This document shows positions 38,525 to 48,197 of a stretch of 64,000 nt of DNA, one piece after another (within the stretch, counting starts at the first letter, position 1; the number at the start of each line of letters is the position of its first letter). The stretch lies in the IMG/VR virus record IMGVR_UViG_3300043436_003324; one strand, written 5' to 3'. The notes beneath the pieces are model-generated. The model saw only the letters and a program-made list of their open reading frames with translations. It had not been told where the DNA came from and made no database searches. Source of the stretch: a virus. Position numbers and translations under genes: made by a program.

Positions 38525-39388
38525 ATGGCGACAAACAATGTTTTAGATGCAGTTTTGGCTCAATACGAGACCTCAAAACAAGGTGGTTCTTCTTCCACCT
38601 CAAAATTTACACAAGAAGAGAGAATGAAAAAGTATTTCGCGGCAATCCTTAAGGATAACGAAAAACAAGGACAAAAAAGAGTCCGTATCTTACCTACACC
38701 AGATGGTTCTTCACCATTTAAAGAAGTATGGTTCCATGAAATTTTTATCGACGGAAAATGGCAAAAGTTTTATGATCCTGCCAAGAATGACAATGAGCGT
38801 TCACCATTAAGTGAAGTTTATGACGAACTAATGTCAACAGGTAAGGATTCTGATAAAGAACTTGCAAAACAATACAAACCTCGTAAGTTTTATATTGTTA
38901 AAGTTATTGACCGAGACAGAGAAGAAGATGGAGTTAAATTTTGGAGATTTAAGCACAACTACAAACAAGAAGGTATTTTTGATAAAATTATTCCTATCTA
39001 TAAGGCAAAAGGAGACGTTGCTGATTCCGAAAAAGGAAGAGACCTTATCCTTGAGTTGACAAAGGCAAAAACTCCAAAAGGAGCATTCTATACCGTAATT
39101 CAAACGGTTATGTATGATGATCCTACATCTGTTCATGAAGATGAAAACACTATGAATGAGTGGGTTTCTGACAAACTTACTTGGGAGGATGTTTATTCTA
39201 AAAAACCTATCGAATACCTTGAGTCAATCGCAAGAGGAGAAACACCAAGATGGGATTCTGATGCGGGAAAATACGCTTACTCAAATAACGAAGTATCAAA
39301 TGTTACAATGGGTGGAGGTAAAAAATCAATTAATGATGTAAAGGATCCACAGTCTAACGACCAAGTGGATGAAGAATTACCATTCTAA
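38525..39388 (+). CDS. Single-stranded DNA-binding protein, T4 gp32-like
   Basis: RVRILP..PFKEVWFH..KPRKFYIVKVIDR..VKFWRF..G.DL.L; acidic tail ending DEELPF; upstream of the recombinase. Confidence 0.85.
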   Translation: MATNNVLDAVLAQYETSKQGGSSSTSKFTQEERMKKYFAAILKDNEKQGQKRVRILPTPDGSSPFKEVWFHEIFIDGKWQKFYDPAKNDNERSPLSEVYDELMSTGKDSDKELAKQYKPRKFYIVKVIDRDREEDGVKFWRFKHNYKQEGIFDKIIPIYKAKGDVADSEKGRDLILELTKAKTPKGAFYTVIQTVMYDDPTSVHEDENTMNEWVSDKLTWEDVYSKKPIEYLESIARGETPRWDSDAGKYAYSNNEVSNVTMGGGKKSINDVKDPQSNDQVDEELPF

Positions 39389-39394
39389 TTTATT

Positions 39395-39440
39395 GAACTT
39401 GGACATCTACTTAGACAAGGTGTCCAAGTTCTTACTTTTT
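39395..39440 (+). terminator. Stem-loop after the SSB gene (terminator/attenuator or RNA-stability hairpin)
   Basis: GAACTTGGACATC, 11-nt loop, GGTGTCCAAGTTC, then TTACTTTTT. Confidence 0.6.
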
Positions 39441-39454
39441 AAAATCAAAAATAT

Positions 39455-39745
39455 ATGAATAAAATAATTGAAAAAATGTATGAGGCACTATGCTTAAAGT
39501 ATAGGTCTGAAATGGCGGAAGCCGAAGCGACTATTTTAATCTATTTCAACAATCCCGTTGCTATTGGAGAACACCCACAACATTTAGAAGAAATAGATAA
39601 AGTGATAGAAAAAATGTCAAATGCTAAAGGTAAACTTGAAATGTTGGAAATTATTTACAAGTACAACATTAAAAGGGAAGAAAAGTTTGAAATAACTGAG
39701 GAAATGTTAAACGTATTAAAAGAACAAAACAAAGATGGCAATTAA
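39455..39745 (+). CDS. Conserved-type phage hypothetical protein (VAIGEHP motif)
   Basis: 96 aa helical protein with NPVAIGEHPQHLEEIDK; overlaps the start of the recombinase gene. Confidence 0.65.
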   Translation: MNKIIEKMYEALCLKYRSEMAEAEATILIYFNNPVAIGEHPQHLEEIDKVIEKMSNAKGKLEMLEIIYKYNIKREEKFEITEEMLNVLKEQNKDGN

Positions 39746-40739
39746 AAAAACAGATTTCGGTTTATTAAAGAAGAAATTTTCCACGTCTGCAAAATATAAA
39801 CCACAAAGATTTTTTGATCTTGGAGAGTCATTTTTAGACGCAGTTGGATTACCAGGTCCGGCGATGGGACATATTAATATGTTCTTGGGACATTCTGATA
39901 CTGGTAAGACAACTGCCTTAGTTAAAACCGCAGTAGATGCACAAAAGAAAGGTATTCTTCCTGTGTTTATTATTACAGAACAAAAATGGAGTTTTGAACA
40001 CGCAAAACTTATGGGATTTGAATGTGAAGAAGTTGTTGATGAAGAGACAGGAGAATTAGATTGGGACGGGTTTTACATATTCAATAATAACTTTAGTTAT
40101 ATAGAACAAATTACCGATTACATAAATTCTTTATTAGATGCACAAGAAAAAGGAGAATTAGATTATAGTTTATGTTTTATGTGGGATTCAGTTGGTTCTG
40201 TTCCTTGTAAAATGACTTTTGAAGGTAAAGGAGGTAAACAACATAATGCGTCTACTTTAGCTGACAAAATTGGTATGGGTATTAACCAACGTATTTCAGG
40301 ATCACGTAAATCTGATTCTAAATTCGAAAATACATTAATCATTGTAAACCAACCTTGGGTTGAATTACCTGATAATCCTTTTGGACAACCAAAAATTAAA
40401 GCAAAAGGTGGTGAAGCAATTTGGTTAAACTCATCATTGGTATTCTTATTTGGAAATCAAAAAGGGGCTGGAACAACTAAAATCACGGCAACCAAAGACA
40501 AACGAACAATTAAATTTGCGTCGAGAACAAAGGTATCTGTTATGAAAAACCACATCAACGGACTTGGGTTTGAAGATGGGAAAATAATTATAACACCACA
40601 TGGATTTTTACCTGGAAAAGAGGCTTCTGAAGAGAAGGCTTCAATTGAACAATACAAAAAAGAATACGCTGAGTATTGGAAAGAAATTATCGGAGTTGAT
40701 GGTGATTTTGATTTGAAAACAGAAAAAGAAGAATCATAG
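39735..40739 (+). CDS. RecA/UvsX-family recombinase
   Basis: Walker A GHSDTGKT, IITEQK, Walker B FMWDSVG, IIVNQ, KGGEAI. Confidence 0.9.
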   Translation: MAIKKTDFGLLKKKFSTSAKYKPQRFFDLGESFLDAVGLPGPAMGHINMFLGHSDTGKTTALVKTAVDAQKKGILPVFIITEQKWSFEHAKLMGFECEEVVDEETGELDWDGFYIFNNNFSYIEQITDYINSLLDAQEKGELDYSLCFMWDSVGSVPCKMTFEGKGGKQHNASTLADKIGMGINQRISGSRKSDSKFENTLIIVNQPWVELPDNPFGQPKIKAKGGEAIWLNSSLVFLFGNQKGAGTTKITATKDKRTIKFASRTKVSVMKNHINGLGFEDGKIIITPHGFLPGKEASEEKASIEQYKKEYAEYWKEIIGVDGDFDLKTEKEES

Positions 40740-40762
40740 TAAGAACCCTGTAATTAACAGAA

Positions 40763-41779
40763 ATGACAAAAACGTTATTGGTTGACGGAAACAACCTATT
40801 AAAAATTGGATTTCACGGAGTAAAAGATTTCTTTAATAAAGGAGAACACGTTGGCGGTATTTGGCACTTTCTAAATACCGTAAGACGTTTCCTTGAAGAA
40901 AATAACTACAATAAAGTGGTTGTATTTTGGGACGGAGAAACAAGTTCTTCACAAAGAAGATTGTTATACCCAAAATATAAATTAAACCGTAAATCCGTTA
41001 AACCCGAAGAATTTAGAGAAGAGTCCTTCTCAAACCAAAAACAAAGGGTTAAACAATATCTTGAAGAAATGTTTGTAAGACAATTAGATGTTGAGAATTC
41101 GGAAGCCGATGATCTAATTGCTTATTATTGTCAGATTTCTGAAGACGAGGATAAAACAATTTTTTCGTCAGATAGAGACCTCACACAACTTATTTCTGAA
41201 AAGGTAAGTATCTATTCGCCACAAGCAAAGAAGTACTTTAAAAATGGGGATACAATCAAAATTGATCAAACAGAGATCCCACATTATAATGTTAAAACTT
41301 ATAAGATATTAACCGGTGATAGTTCGGATAATATTGATGGTATCTTTTATCTTGGTGAAAAAACTTTTATAAAATTATTTCCTGAAATACTTGAAAAGGA
41401 AATTAGTTTTACCGATATTTTAACAAAGGGTGAAGAGTTACTTAAAGAACAAAAAGATAATATGGTTTTAAAAAATCTTTTAAGTGGAAAAACAAAGGAA
41501 GGGATATTTGGAGATGAGTTTTTTGTAATAAACGAAAAATTAATTGATTTATCAAAACCTTTAATTTCCGAAGAAGGAAAAGAATTAGTTCAGTCGTATT
41601 ACTCAGAGTCATTGGATCCTGATGGAAGGGGTCACAGGAACTTAATTAGAATGATGATGGATGACGGATTCTTTAAATATTTACCAAAGGGTGATGATGC
41701 TTGGGTTAATTTTTTAAAGCCATTTTTAAAACTATCAAGAAAAGAAAAAACAAATTTTAGAAACAGAACAAAAAAGTAA
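40763..41779 (+). CDS. 5'-3' exonuclease / flap endonuclease (T4 RNase H / PolI N-terminal family)
   Basis: LLVDGNN, VVFWDG, YK.NR, EADDLIA, SSDRDLTQL, GDSSDNIDG (H3TH). Confidence 0.93.
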   Translation: MTKTLLVDGNNLLKIGFHGVKDFFNKGEHVGGIWHFLNTVRRFLEENNYNKVVVFWDGETSSSQRRLLYPKYKLNRKSVKPEEFREESFSNQKQRVKQYLEEMFVRQLDVENSEADDLIAYYCQISEDEDKTIFSSDRDLTQLISEKVSIYSPQAKKYFKNGDTIKIDQTEIPHYNVKTYKILTGDSSDNIDGIFYLGEKTFIKLFPEILEKEISFTDILTKGEELLKEQKDNMVLKNLLSGKTKEGIFGDEFFVINEKLIDLSKPLISEEGKELVQSYYSESLDPDGRGHRNLIRMMMDDGFFKYLPKGDDAWVNFLKPFLKLSRKEKTNFRNRTKK

Positions 41780-41781
41780 AA

Positions 41782-42231
41782 ATGAAAGAACAAGACGTAA
41801 CTAAGTTAGAATTTTTGTTGATGTGTAATGACAACATCGTAGTACAAAGATTTTTTAATGTAAAAGGGTTTAATAAACACGCCCACAAATCGGAAGAGTT
41901 TTATGAGTATATAAGGACATTTTGTAATGACCTTAAGTATGATTTAAAAATGAGATCGGTAGTTTATATGTTGGAAAACAGATATGAGATTACTGAAAAT
42001 CCAGATGTATTGAACACTTCAATTACAGAAGGACTTGAAAACTTTAACCTTTATGTTAAAGTTGATAACATGATAATTTGTCAGAGATCATTTGACGCTA
42101 AAGTGTACCCACCAAAGGTAAGATATACCGTAGATCTACGGCCAAAGTTAAAACAGGTACTTACAGACCTAACTGACATTTTTTCAGGCAAAAAATTTAA
42201 TTATTTCTACCCACAATTTATTCAAAAGTAA
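41782..42231 (+). CDS. Hypothetical protein (149 aa)
   Basis: ORF tightly packed between the exonuclease and helicase genes; no motif recognised. Confidence 0.7.
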   Translation: MKEQDVTKLEFLLMCNDNIVVQRFFNVKGFNKHAHKSEEFYEYIRTFCNDLKYDLKMRSVVYMLENRYEITENPDVLNTSITEGLENFNLYVKVDNMIICQRSFDAKVYPPKVRYTVDLRPKLKQVLTDLTDIFSGKKFNYFYPQFIQK

Positions 42232-42264
42232 GAGTATTTATCATTACTAACAGAAAGAAAAACT

Positions 42265-43650
42265 ATGGCGACTAATAAAAATTTTGAATATCTCGGTAAC
42301 AATTTTCAGATACAATTACTTAATCAAATCATTTTAGATAAAGAATTTTCTCACTCAATTATTGACGTTATTGAAAATAATTATTTTGAGAATAAGTACT
42401 TTAAGATTATCATTCAGATGGTAAAAGAGTATTATACAAAATACGAGCATACACCATCGTTTGATACCTTAGAACAAGTCGCAAAATCCGAATTACAACA
42501 AGAAACCGCAGTTAAAGTAGTTCTTGACACAATTAAAAAAATCAAGGACGCACCTATCGATGGTGTAGATTTCGTACAAGAAAAGGCACTTAAATTCTGT
42601 AAACAACAAGAGTTACAGAAAGTAATGAAAAAGGCACAAAAAATCATAGACGGTGGTGAGTTTGAAAACTATGACACACTAGAAGAACTGGTTAGAGAAG
42701 CCCTACTTGTTGGGTCAAAAGACACTACAACAATGGATGTCTTCTCAAATTTAGACCAAGTCTTGGACGAGGATTACAGACACCCTATCCCAATGGGAAT
42801 TCCAGGAATTGATAGGTTGTTAAAAGGAGGATTAGCAAAAGGTGAGATCGGTGTTATATTGGCACCAACAGGAGTAGGTAAGTCTACCATCCTCACAAAG
42901 ATTTCAAATCACGCATTTAACTTAGGATTTAACGTTCTTCAAATATTTTTTGAAGACAACCCAAAAGTGATACAAAGGAAACATTTTACCCTTTGGACAA
43001 AGATTCACCCTGATGAATTATCAGAAAAAAAAGAAGAGGTGATGAATAAGGTAAAAGAAATCAAAGAAAAAATGCCAAACACATTAGATTTGAAAAAACT
43101 ACCTTCAGATACTAAAACAATGACACAAATAAAGAACGAAATCAGAAAAATGATTGCGGACGGAATTAAGATAGACATGATTGTTTTGGATTATATTGAC
43201 TGTATCGTTCCTGATAAAAATTTGGGTGACGAATGGAAAAGTGAAGGTTCGGTTATGAGAGGATTTGAGGCTATGTGTCATGAATTAAATCTTGTTGGTT
43301 GGACCGCAACACAAGGTAATAGAGCATCTATATCTTCTCAAGTTGTTACAACCGATCAAATGGGAGGATCAATCAAAAAGGCTCAAGTAGGTCACGTTAT
43401 TATTACAGTAGCAAAAACGTTACAACAAAAAGAAATGAAATTAGCCACAATTGCAATTACCAAGTCTCGTGTCGGAGATGACGGTGTGGTTTTTGAAAAT
43501 TGTAAATTTGATAACGCTATGATTGACATTGATACCGAATCTACAACCACATTCTTAGGTCTTGAAGAACAAAAAGAAGAAAGACAAAGACAAAGGGTTA
43601 AAGAATTGTTAGAAAAAAGAAAAGAACGAGAGAATCAAAAAACTGAATAA
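42265..43650 (+). CDS. DnaB/gp41-like replicative helicase
   Basis: Walker A APTGVGKS, FFED, Walker B VLDYID, TATQGNR, arginine-finger region KSR. Confidence 0.92.
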   Translation: MATNKNFEYLGNNFQIQLLNQIILDKEFSHSIIDVIENNYFENKYFKIIIQMVKEYYTKYEHTPSFDTLEQVAKSELQQETAVKVVLDTIKKIKDAPIDGVDFVQEKALKFCKQQELQKVMKKAQKIIDGGEFENYDTLEELVREALLVGSKDTTTMDVFSNLDQVLDEDYRHPIPMGIPGIDRLLKGGLAKGEIGVILAPTGVGKSTILTKISNHAFNLGFNVLQIFFEDNPKVIQRKHFTLWTKIHPDELSEKKEEVMNKVKEIKEKMPNTLDLKKLPSDTKTMTQIKNEIRKMIADGIKIDMIVLDYIDCIVPDKNLGDEWKSEGSVMRGFEAMCHELNLVGWTATQGNRASISSQVVTTDQMGGSIKKAQVGHVIITVAKTLQQKEMKLATIAITKSRVGDDGVVFENCKFDNAMIDIDTESTTTFLGLEEQKEERQRQRVKELLEKRKERENQKTE

Positions 43651-43676
43651 AAATAAAATAATTAAATTTAAATAAT

Positions 43677-45536
43677 ATGGATATTTCACAAAAAATATTG
43701 AGTGATATTACAGTGTATATGAAATACGCTAAATTTGTTCCTGAATTAAATAGAAGGGAATCGTGGGAAGAATTGGTAACAAGAAACAAAGAAATGCACC
43801 AAAAAAAATACCCACAAATTAAAGAAGAAATTGAAAACGTATACAAAATGGTATATGATAAAAAAATTCTTCCATCAATGAGATCATTACAATTTGGAGG
43901 TAAACCGATTGAGATTTCACCAAATAGAGTTTATAACTGTGCTTACCTACCTATTGACCATACGGATGCATTTTCGGAGACAATGTTCTTACTTTTAGGA
44001 GGTACAGGTGTAGGATTCTCGGTACAAAGACACCACGTAGATAAACTACCAGAAATTAAAAAACCAAATCCAACAAGAACAAGAAGGTACTTAATTGGAG
44101 ATTCAATTGAAGGATGGGCAGACGCAATTAAAGTACTTATTGAGTCATATATGGGTACAAAAGCGTCAACCCCTGTGTTTGATTTTTCGGATATCCGACA
44201 TAAAGGAGCCTTATTGGTTACTTCTGGAGGAAAAGCACCAGGACCTCAACCGTTAAAAGATTGTATCCACCACATAACAAAAGTTTTAAATAACAAAAAA
44301 GATGGTGAAAAATTAACATCAATTGAAACTCACGATATTATATGTCATATTGCAGACGCAGTACTTGCAGGTGGTATTAGAAGAGCGGCACTTATCTCAT
44401 TATTCTCGGCTGATGATGAAGAAATGATTTCTTGTAAGTCAGGTAATTGGTGGGAACAAAATGCACAAAGAGGTAGAGCAAATAACTCGGCAGTACTTCT
44501 TCGTCACAAAATTACAAAAGAATTCTTTATGGGTCTTTGGAAACGTATTGAGTTATCAGGAGCAGGAGAACCAGGAATCTATTTGTCAAACGATAAAGAT
44601 TGGGGAACTAATCCTTGTTGTGAGATTGCACTTCGTCCTAACCAGTTTTGTAACTTATGTGAAGTAAATGCGTCTGATATTGAATCACAAGAAGATTTTG
44701 AACAAAGAGTTAAAGGGGCCGCATTCATTGGAACATTACAAGCAGGTTATACTGACTTCCATTACCTAAGAGACGTTTGGAAAAGAACAACTGAAAAAGA
44801 CGCACTTATTGGTGTTGGAATGACAGGAATCGGTTCGGGTGTTGTTTTAGGATATGATATGAAAGCGGCGGCTCAAGCCGTTAAAGAAGAAAATGAAAGG
44901 GTTGCAGGTCTTATTGGAATTAACAAATCTGCAAGATCAACGACAGTTAAACCATCCGGAACCTCATCATTGGTATTGGGTACATCGTCAGGAATCCACG
45001 CTTGGCATAACGATTATTACCTAAGAAGAATCCGTGTAGGTAAAAATGAATCAATCTATAATTACTTGGCGATTAATCACCCTGAGTTGATTGAAGATGA
45101 GTTTTTCCGTCCTCACGATACTGCAGTTATTGGTATACCACAAAAAGCTCCTGAAGGTGCTATCATAAGACACGAGTCAGTATTCCAAATGTTGGAAAGA
45201 GTTAAAAAAGTTGCACAAGAATGGATTAAACCAGGTCATAGAACAGGACAAAATACCCATAACGTATCGGCAACAGTTTCAATTAAAGAAGACGAATGGG
45301 AATTAGTTGGTGAATGGATGTGGGATAACCGTAAGTTTTATAATGGACTATCTGTATTACCTTATAACGGAGGAACTTATACCCAAGCACCTTTTGAAGA
45401 TTGTACAAAAGAAGATTTTGATAGATTATTAAACACATTAAAAGATGTGGATCTTACAAAAGTTATTGAGTTACAAGATAATACCGACCTTAGAGGGGAA
45501 GCCGCTTGTGCTGGTGGGGCTTGTGAAATAGTATAA
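43677..45536 (+). CDS. nrdJ: Class II (adenosylcobalamin-dependent, monomeric type) ribonucleotide reductase
   Basis: PSMRSLQFGG, YNCAY, LLLGGTGVGFS, radical site NPCCEI, FCNL, TVKPSGT, C-terminal ACAGGACEIV. No ATP cone, no intein, and no small-subunit gene adjacent. Confidence 0.92.
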   Translation: MDISQKILSDITVYMKYAKFVPELNRRESWEELVTRNKEMHQKKYPQIKEEIENVYKMVYDKKILPSMRSLQFGGKPIEISPNRVYNCAYLPIDHTDAFSETMFLLLGGTGVGFSVQRHHVDKLPEIKKPNPTRTRRYLIGDSIEGWADAIKVLIESYMGTKASTPVFDFSDIRHKGALLVTSGGKAPGPQPLKDCIHHITKVLNNKKDGEKLTSIETHDIICHIADAVLAGGIRRAALISLFSADDEEMISCKSGNWWEQNAQRGRANNSAVLLRHKITKEFFMGLWKRIELSGAGEPGIYLSNDKDWGTNPCCEIALRPNQFCNLCEVNASDIESQEDFEQRVKGAAFIGTLQAGYTDFHYLRDVWKRTTEKDALIGVGMTGIGSGVVLGYDMKAAAQAVKEENERVAGLIGINKSARSTTVKPSGTSSLVLGTSSGIHAWHNDYYLRRIRVGKNESIYNYLAINHPELIEDEFFRPHDTAVIGIPQKAPEGAIIRHESVFQMLERVKKVAQEWIKPGHRTGQNTHNVSATVSIKEDEWELVGEWMWDNRKFYNGLSVLPYNGGTYTQAPFEDCTKEDFDRLLNTLKDVDLTKVIELQDNTDLRGEAACAGGACEIV

Positions 45537-45546
45537 TAAAATTAAA

Positions 45547-45765
45547 ATGACAGTAAGTGCATCTAAAGATTGGATACAACAGTTATATGTTCGGGAGATA
45601 ACAAAAAAATCTCCTGAACCTGACTTTTATAAGGATAAAAACGGTAATATAGTAATGACAGAATCTTTTCATATGAAAAGGGGTAGATGTTGTGGAAACG
45701 GATGTTTACATTGTCCCTATGAACCTATGTCTGAAAGAGGAAACACAAGATTAAAGAATCACTGA
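45547..45765 (+). CDS. DUF5522-like small Cys-rich protein
   Basis: FYKDKNGNIVMTESFHMKRGRCCGNGCLHCPY matches the RG.CC..GC.HCPY signature as recalled for DUF5522. Confidence 0.75.
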   Translation: MTVSASKDWIQQLYVREITKKSPEPDFYKDKNGNIVMTESFHMKRGRCCGNGCLHCPYEPMSERGNTRLKNH

Positions 45766-45783
45766 GAAATCAGTGATTTTTTT
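45757..45783 (+). terminator. Terminator of the replication/RNR operon
   Basis: AATCACTGA-GAAA-TCAGTGATT followed by TTTTT; a GNRA-type tetraloop overlapping the TGA stop. Confidence 0.85.
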
Positions 45784-45820
45784 ATTTATATAAAATATCC
45801 GAATACTATATTTATTAGAT

Positions 45821-46279
45821 ATGGCAAATGGTATAACTTACGGGATTACTTTCCCTTTTAGGGATTCCTTTAACGGTAAATATTTAGATTTAACAGATTA
45901 CGCTTCTGAAGAAGTTAGAACTAATCTTATACATTTATTATTAACAAGAAAAGGAAGTAGATATTATTTACCTGATTTTGGATCAAGATTATATGAATAT
46001 ATTTTTGAACCATTAGACGGACCAACATTTGCCGAAATAGAGGCTGAAATTAGAGATTCCGTTGAGGAATTCATGCCTGGGGTTTTAATTACTAATGTGT
46101 TAATTACAGACGCCTCAACAGAGTATGAAGACAAAGGTACTTTTATAAACGGTGAGGATCAAAGAGAGTTTACCGTACCAAACATTTCACAAAAAGAACA
46201 TACTGCAAGAGTTAGGATTGATTATAAAATAACTTCCGACGCATTTAACAGTAGTGATTTCATTATTTTAAATATTTAA
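45821..46279 (+). CDS. Baseplate wedge protein, gp25/GpW-like
   Basis: VRTNLIHLLLTRKGSRYYLPDFGSRLYEYIFEP..I...V..FMP.V. Confidence 0.92.
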   Translation: MANGITYGITFPFRDSFNGKYLDLTDYASEEVRTNLIHLLLTRKGSRYYLPDFGSRLYEYIFEPLDGPTFAEIEAEIRDSVEEFMPGVLITNVLITDASTEYEDKGTFINGEDQREFTVPNISQKEHTARVRIDYKITSDAFNSSDFIILNI

Positions 46280-46283
46280 TAGT

Positions 46284-48125
46284 ATGGCAGATAAAAAAAT
46301 ATCATATACAACAAGGGATTTTCAAGGAGTTAGAACAGAATTAGTTAATTACGTAAAAACTTATTATCCTGAATTAATACAAAATTTTAATGATGCTTCG
46401 GTATTTTCCGTTTTAATGGATTTAAATGCCGCAGTTGCCGACAACCTTAATTTTCAAATTGATAGAAGTATACAAGAGACTGTATTACAATACGCACAAC
46501 AAAAGACTTCATTATTTAACATTGCAAGAACATACGGTTTAAAAATACCTGGACAAAGACCATCAATATCATTAGTTGATTTTTCTATTGTTGTACCTGC
46601 GTTTGGAGATAAGGAAGATATAAGATATTGTGGTATATTAAGAAGAGGTACTCAAGTAAATGGTGCAGGACAATCATATGAAACTGTGTATGATATAGAT
46701 TTTTCATCTCAATATAATGGAGAAGGACAACCAAATTCAAGAATAGTAAGGCCAAATATAGATTCAAATGGTACAATACAAAATTACACAGTAACCAAAA
46801 GAGAAGTAGTTCTTAATGGTTTAACTAAAGTTTTTAAAAGAGTTATAACACCTAACGATGTTAAACCATTTTTTGAGTTATTTTTACCTGAAAGAAATGT
46901 GTTGGGAGTAACTAGTGTCATTGTAAAAGACGGATCACAATATAGTAACGTACCTTCAGATCAAGATTTTTTATCCCCTAATAACAGATTTTATGAAGTA
47001 AGGGCCTTAGTTGAAGACAGAGTTTTTGTTGAAGATCCAACAAAACCTTCGGATGCTCCTGGCATTAAAATCGGTAGATACATTACAACAAGTGATAAAT
47101 TTATTACAGAATATACCCCACAAGGTTTTATGAAATTAACTTTTGGTGGTGGTAATAATTCTGCGGAAGAACAATTAAGGGAATTTGCAAGGAATGGACA
47201 ATCAATTAACATAAACAAATACGTTAATAATTTAGGTTTAGGAAGTACACTTAAATCAAACTCAACATTGTTTATTCAGTATAGAATTGGTGGGGGAATA
47301 TCAAGTAATGTCGGTGTTGGGGTTATTACTCAAGTACAGAAAAGTAATTTCTTTGTTAACGGTCCTTCTGAGAGTCTTAATACAAGTACGTCAAACTCAT
47401 TAAGTTGTACAAACCCGATTGCTGCGGTTGGTGGAGCGGCGGCACCAACATTAGAGGAGATTAGAAATTTTGTTTCTTTCAATTTCTCATCACAAAATAG
47501 AGCGGTAACGGTTAATGACTATGATTCATTATTAAGAAATATGCCTTCACAATTTGGGGCACCATCTAAAGTATCGATAGTAGAGGAAAATAACAAAATA
47601 AAAATAAAATTACTTTCTTATGACTCAAGTGGAACACTTACATCAGTAGTTCCAAACGCATTAAAAACTAATATTGCAAATTATTTATCAAACTATAGAA
47701 TGATAAATGATTACATATCTGTAGAAAGTGCTAATGTTATTGACTTAGGGTTTGATATTGCGGTGGTTTTAGATTCTTCACAAAGCCAGGGATCTATAAT
47801 TGCAAAAATCATAGATATTGTATCTACATATATGTCACCAACGTCAAGACAATTAGGTCAAAATGTTAATATTTCTGAATTAAGAAGACTAATACAAGCG
47901 GAAAACGGAGTATTGTCAATATCGGATATACAGGTCTTTAACAAAGTTGGGGGGCAGTATTCTTCATCACAAACATCACAACCATATTCTAATCAATCAA
48001 CAAAAGAAATTCAGTTGATATCTGACACTATTTTTGCCGACCCAACACAAATATACCAAGTTAGATTTGGAAACAAAGATATTAGAGTAAGTGTTGTTAA
48101 TTTATCTTCAGTAACATATTCTTGA
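46284..48125 (+). CDS. Baseplate wedge protein, gp6/baseplate-J-like
   Basis: YTTRDFQGVR..L..Y....DF..S....L....A...D.L.F.ID..., YRIGGG..SN, A.GG...T.EEIR, QNRAVT..DY. Follows the gp25-like gene. Confidence 0.9.
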   Translation: MADKKISYTTRDFQGVRTELVNYVKTYYPELIQNFNDASVFSVLMDLNAAVADNLNFQIDRSIQETVLQYAQQKTSLFNIARTYGLKIPGQRPSISLVDFSIVVPAFGDKEDIRYCGILRRGTQVNGAGQSYETVYDIDFSSQYNGEGQPNSRIVRPNIDSNGTIQNYTVTKREVVLNGLTKVFKRVITPNDVKPFFELFLPERNVLGVTSVIVKDGSQYSNVPSDQDFLSPNNRFYEVRALVEDRVFVEDPTKPSDAPGIKIGRYITTSDKFITEYTPQGFMKLTFGGGNNSAEEQLREFARNGQSININKYVNNLGLGSTLKSNSTLFIQYRIGGGISSNVGVGVITQVQKSNFFVNGPSESLNTSTSNSLSCTNPIAAVGGAAAPTLEEIRNFVSFNFSSQNRAVTVNDYDSLLRNMPSQFGAPSKVSIVEENNKIKIKLLSYDSSGTLTSVVPNALKTNIANYLSNYRMINDYISVESANVIDLGFDIAVVLDSSQSQGSIIAKIIDIVSTYMSPTSRQLGQNVNISELRRLIQAENGVLSISDIQVFNKVGGQYSSSQTSQPYSNQSTKEIQLISDTIFADPTQIYQVRFGNKDIRVSVVNLSSVTYS

Positions 48126-48197
48126 TAATTTCCTTTTTTTATAAAAGGGTTATCCTTTTAAAATAGGAAATAAACTATTTATCAAGAAAAGAAATTA

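Noticed and set aside
6808-45536. Inteins or introns in the polymerase, helicases, recombinase or RNR
   Set aside because: Lengths are normal, with no Cys/Ser...His-Asn splice motifs or LAGLIDADG blocks. The polymerase has only short inserts.
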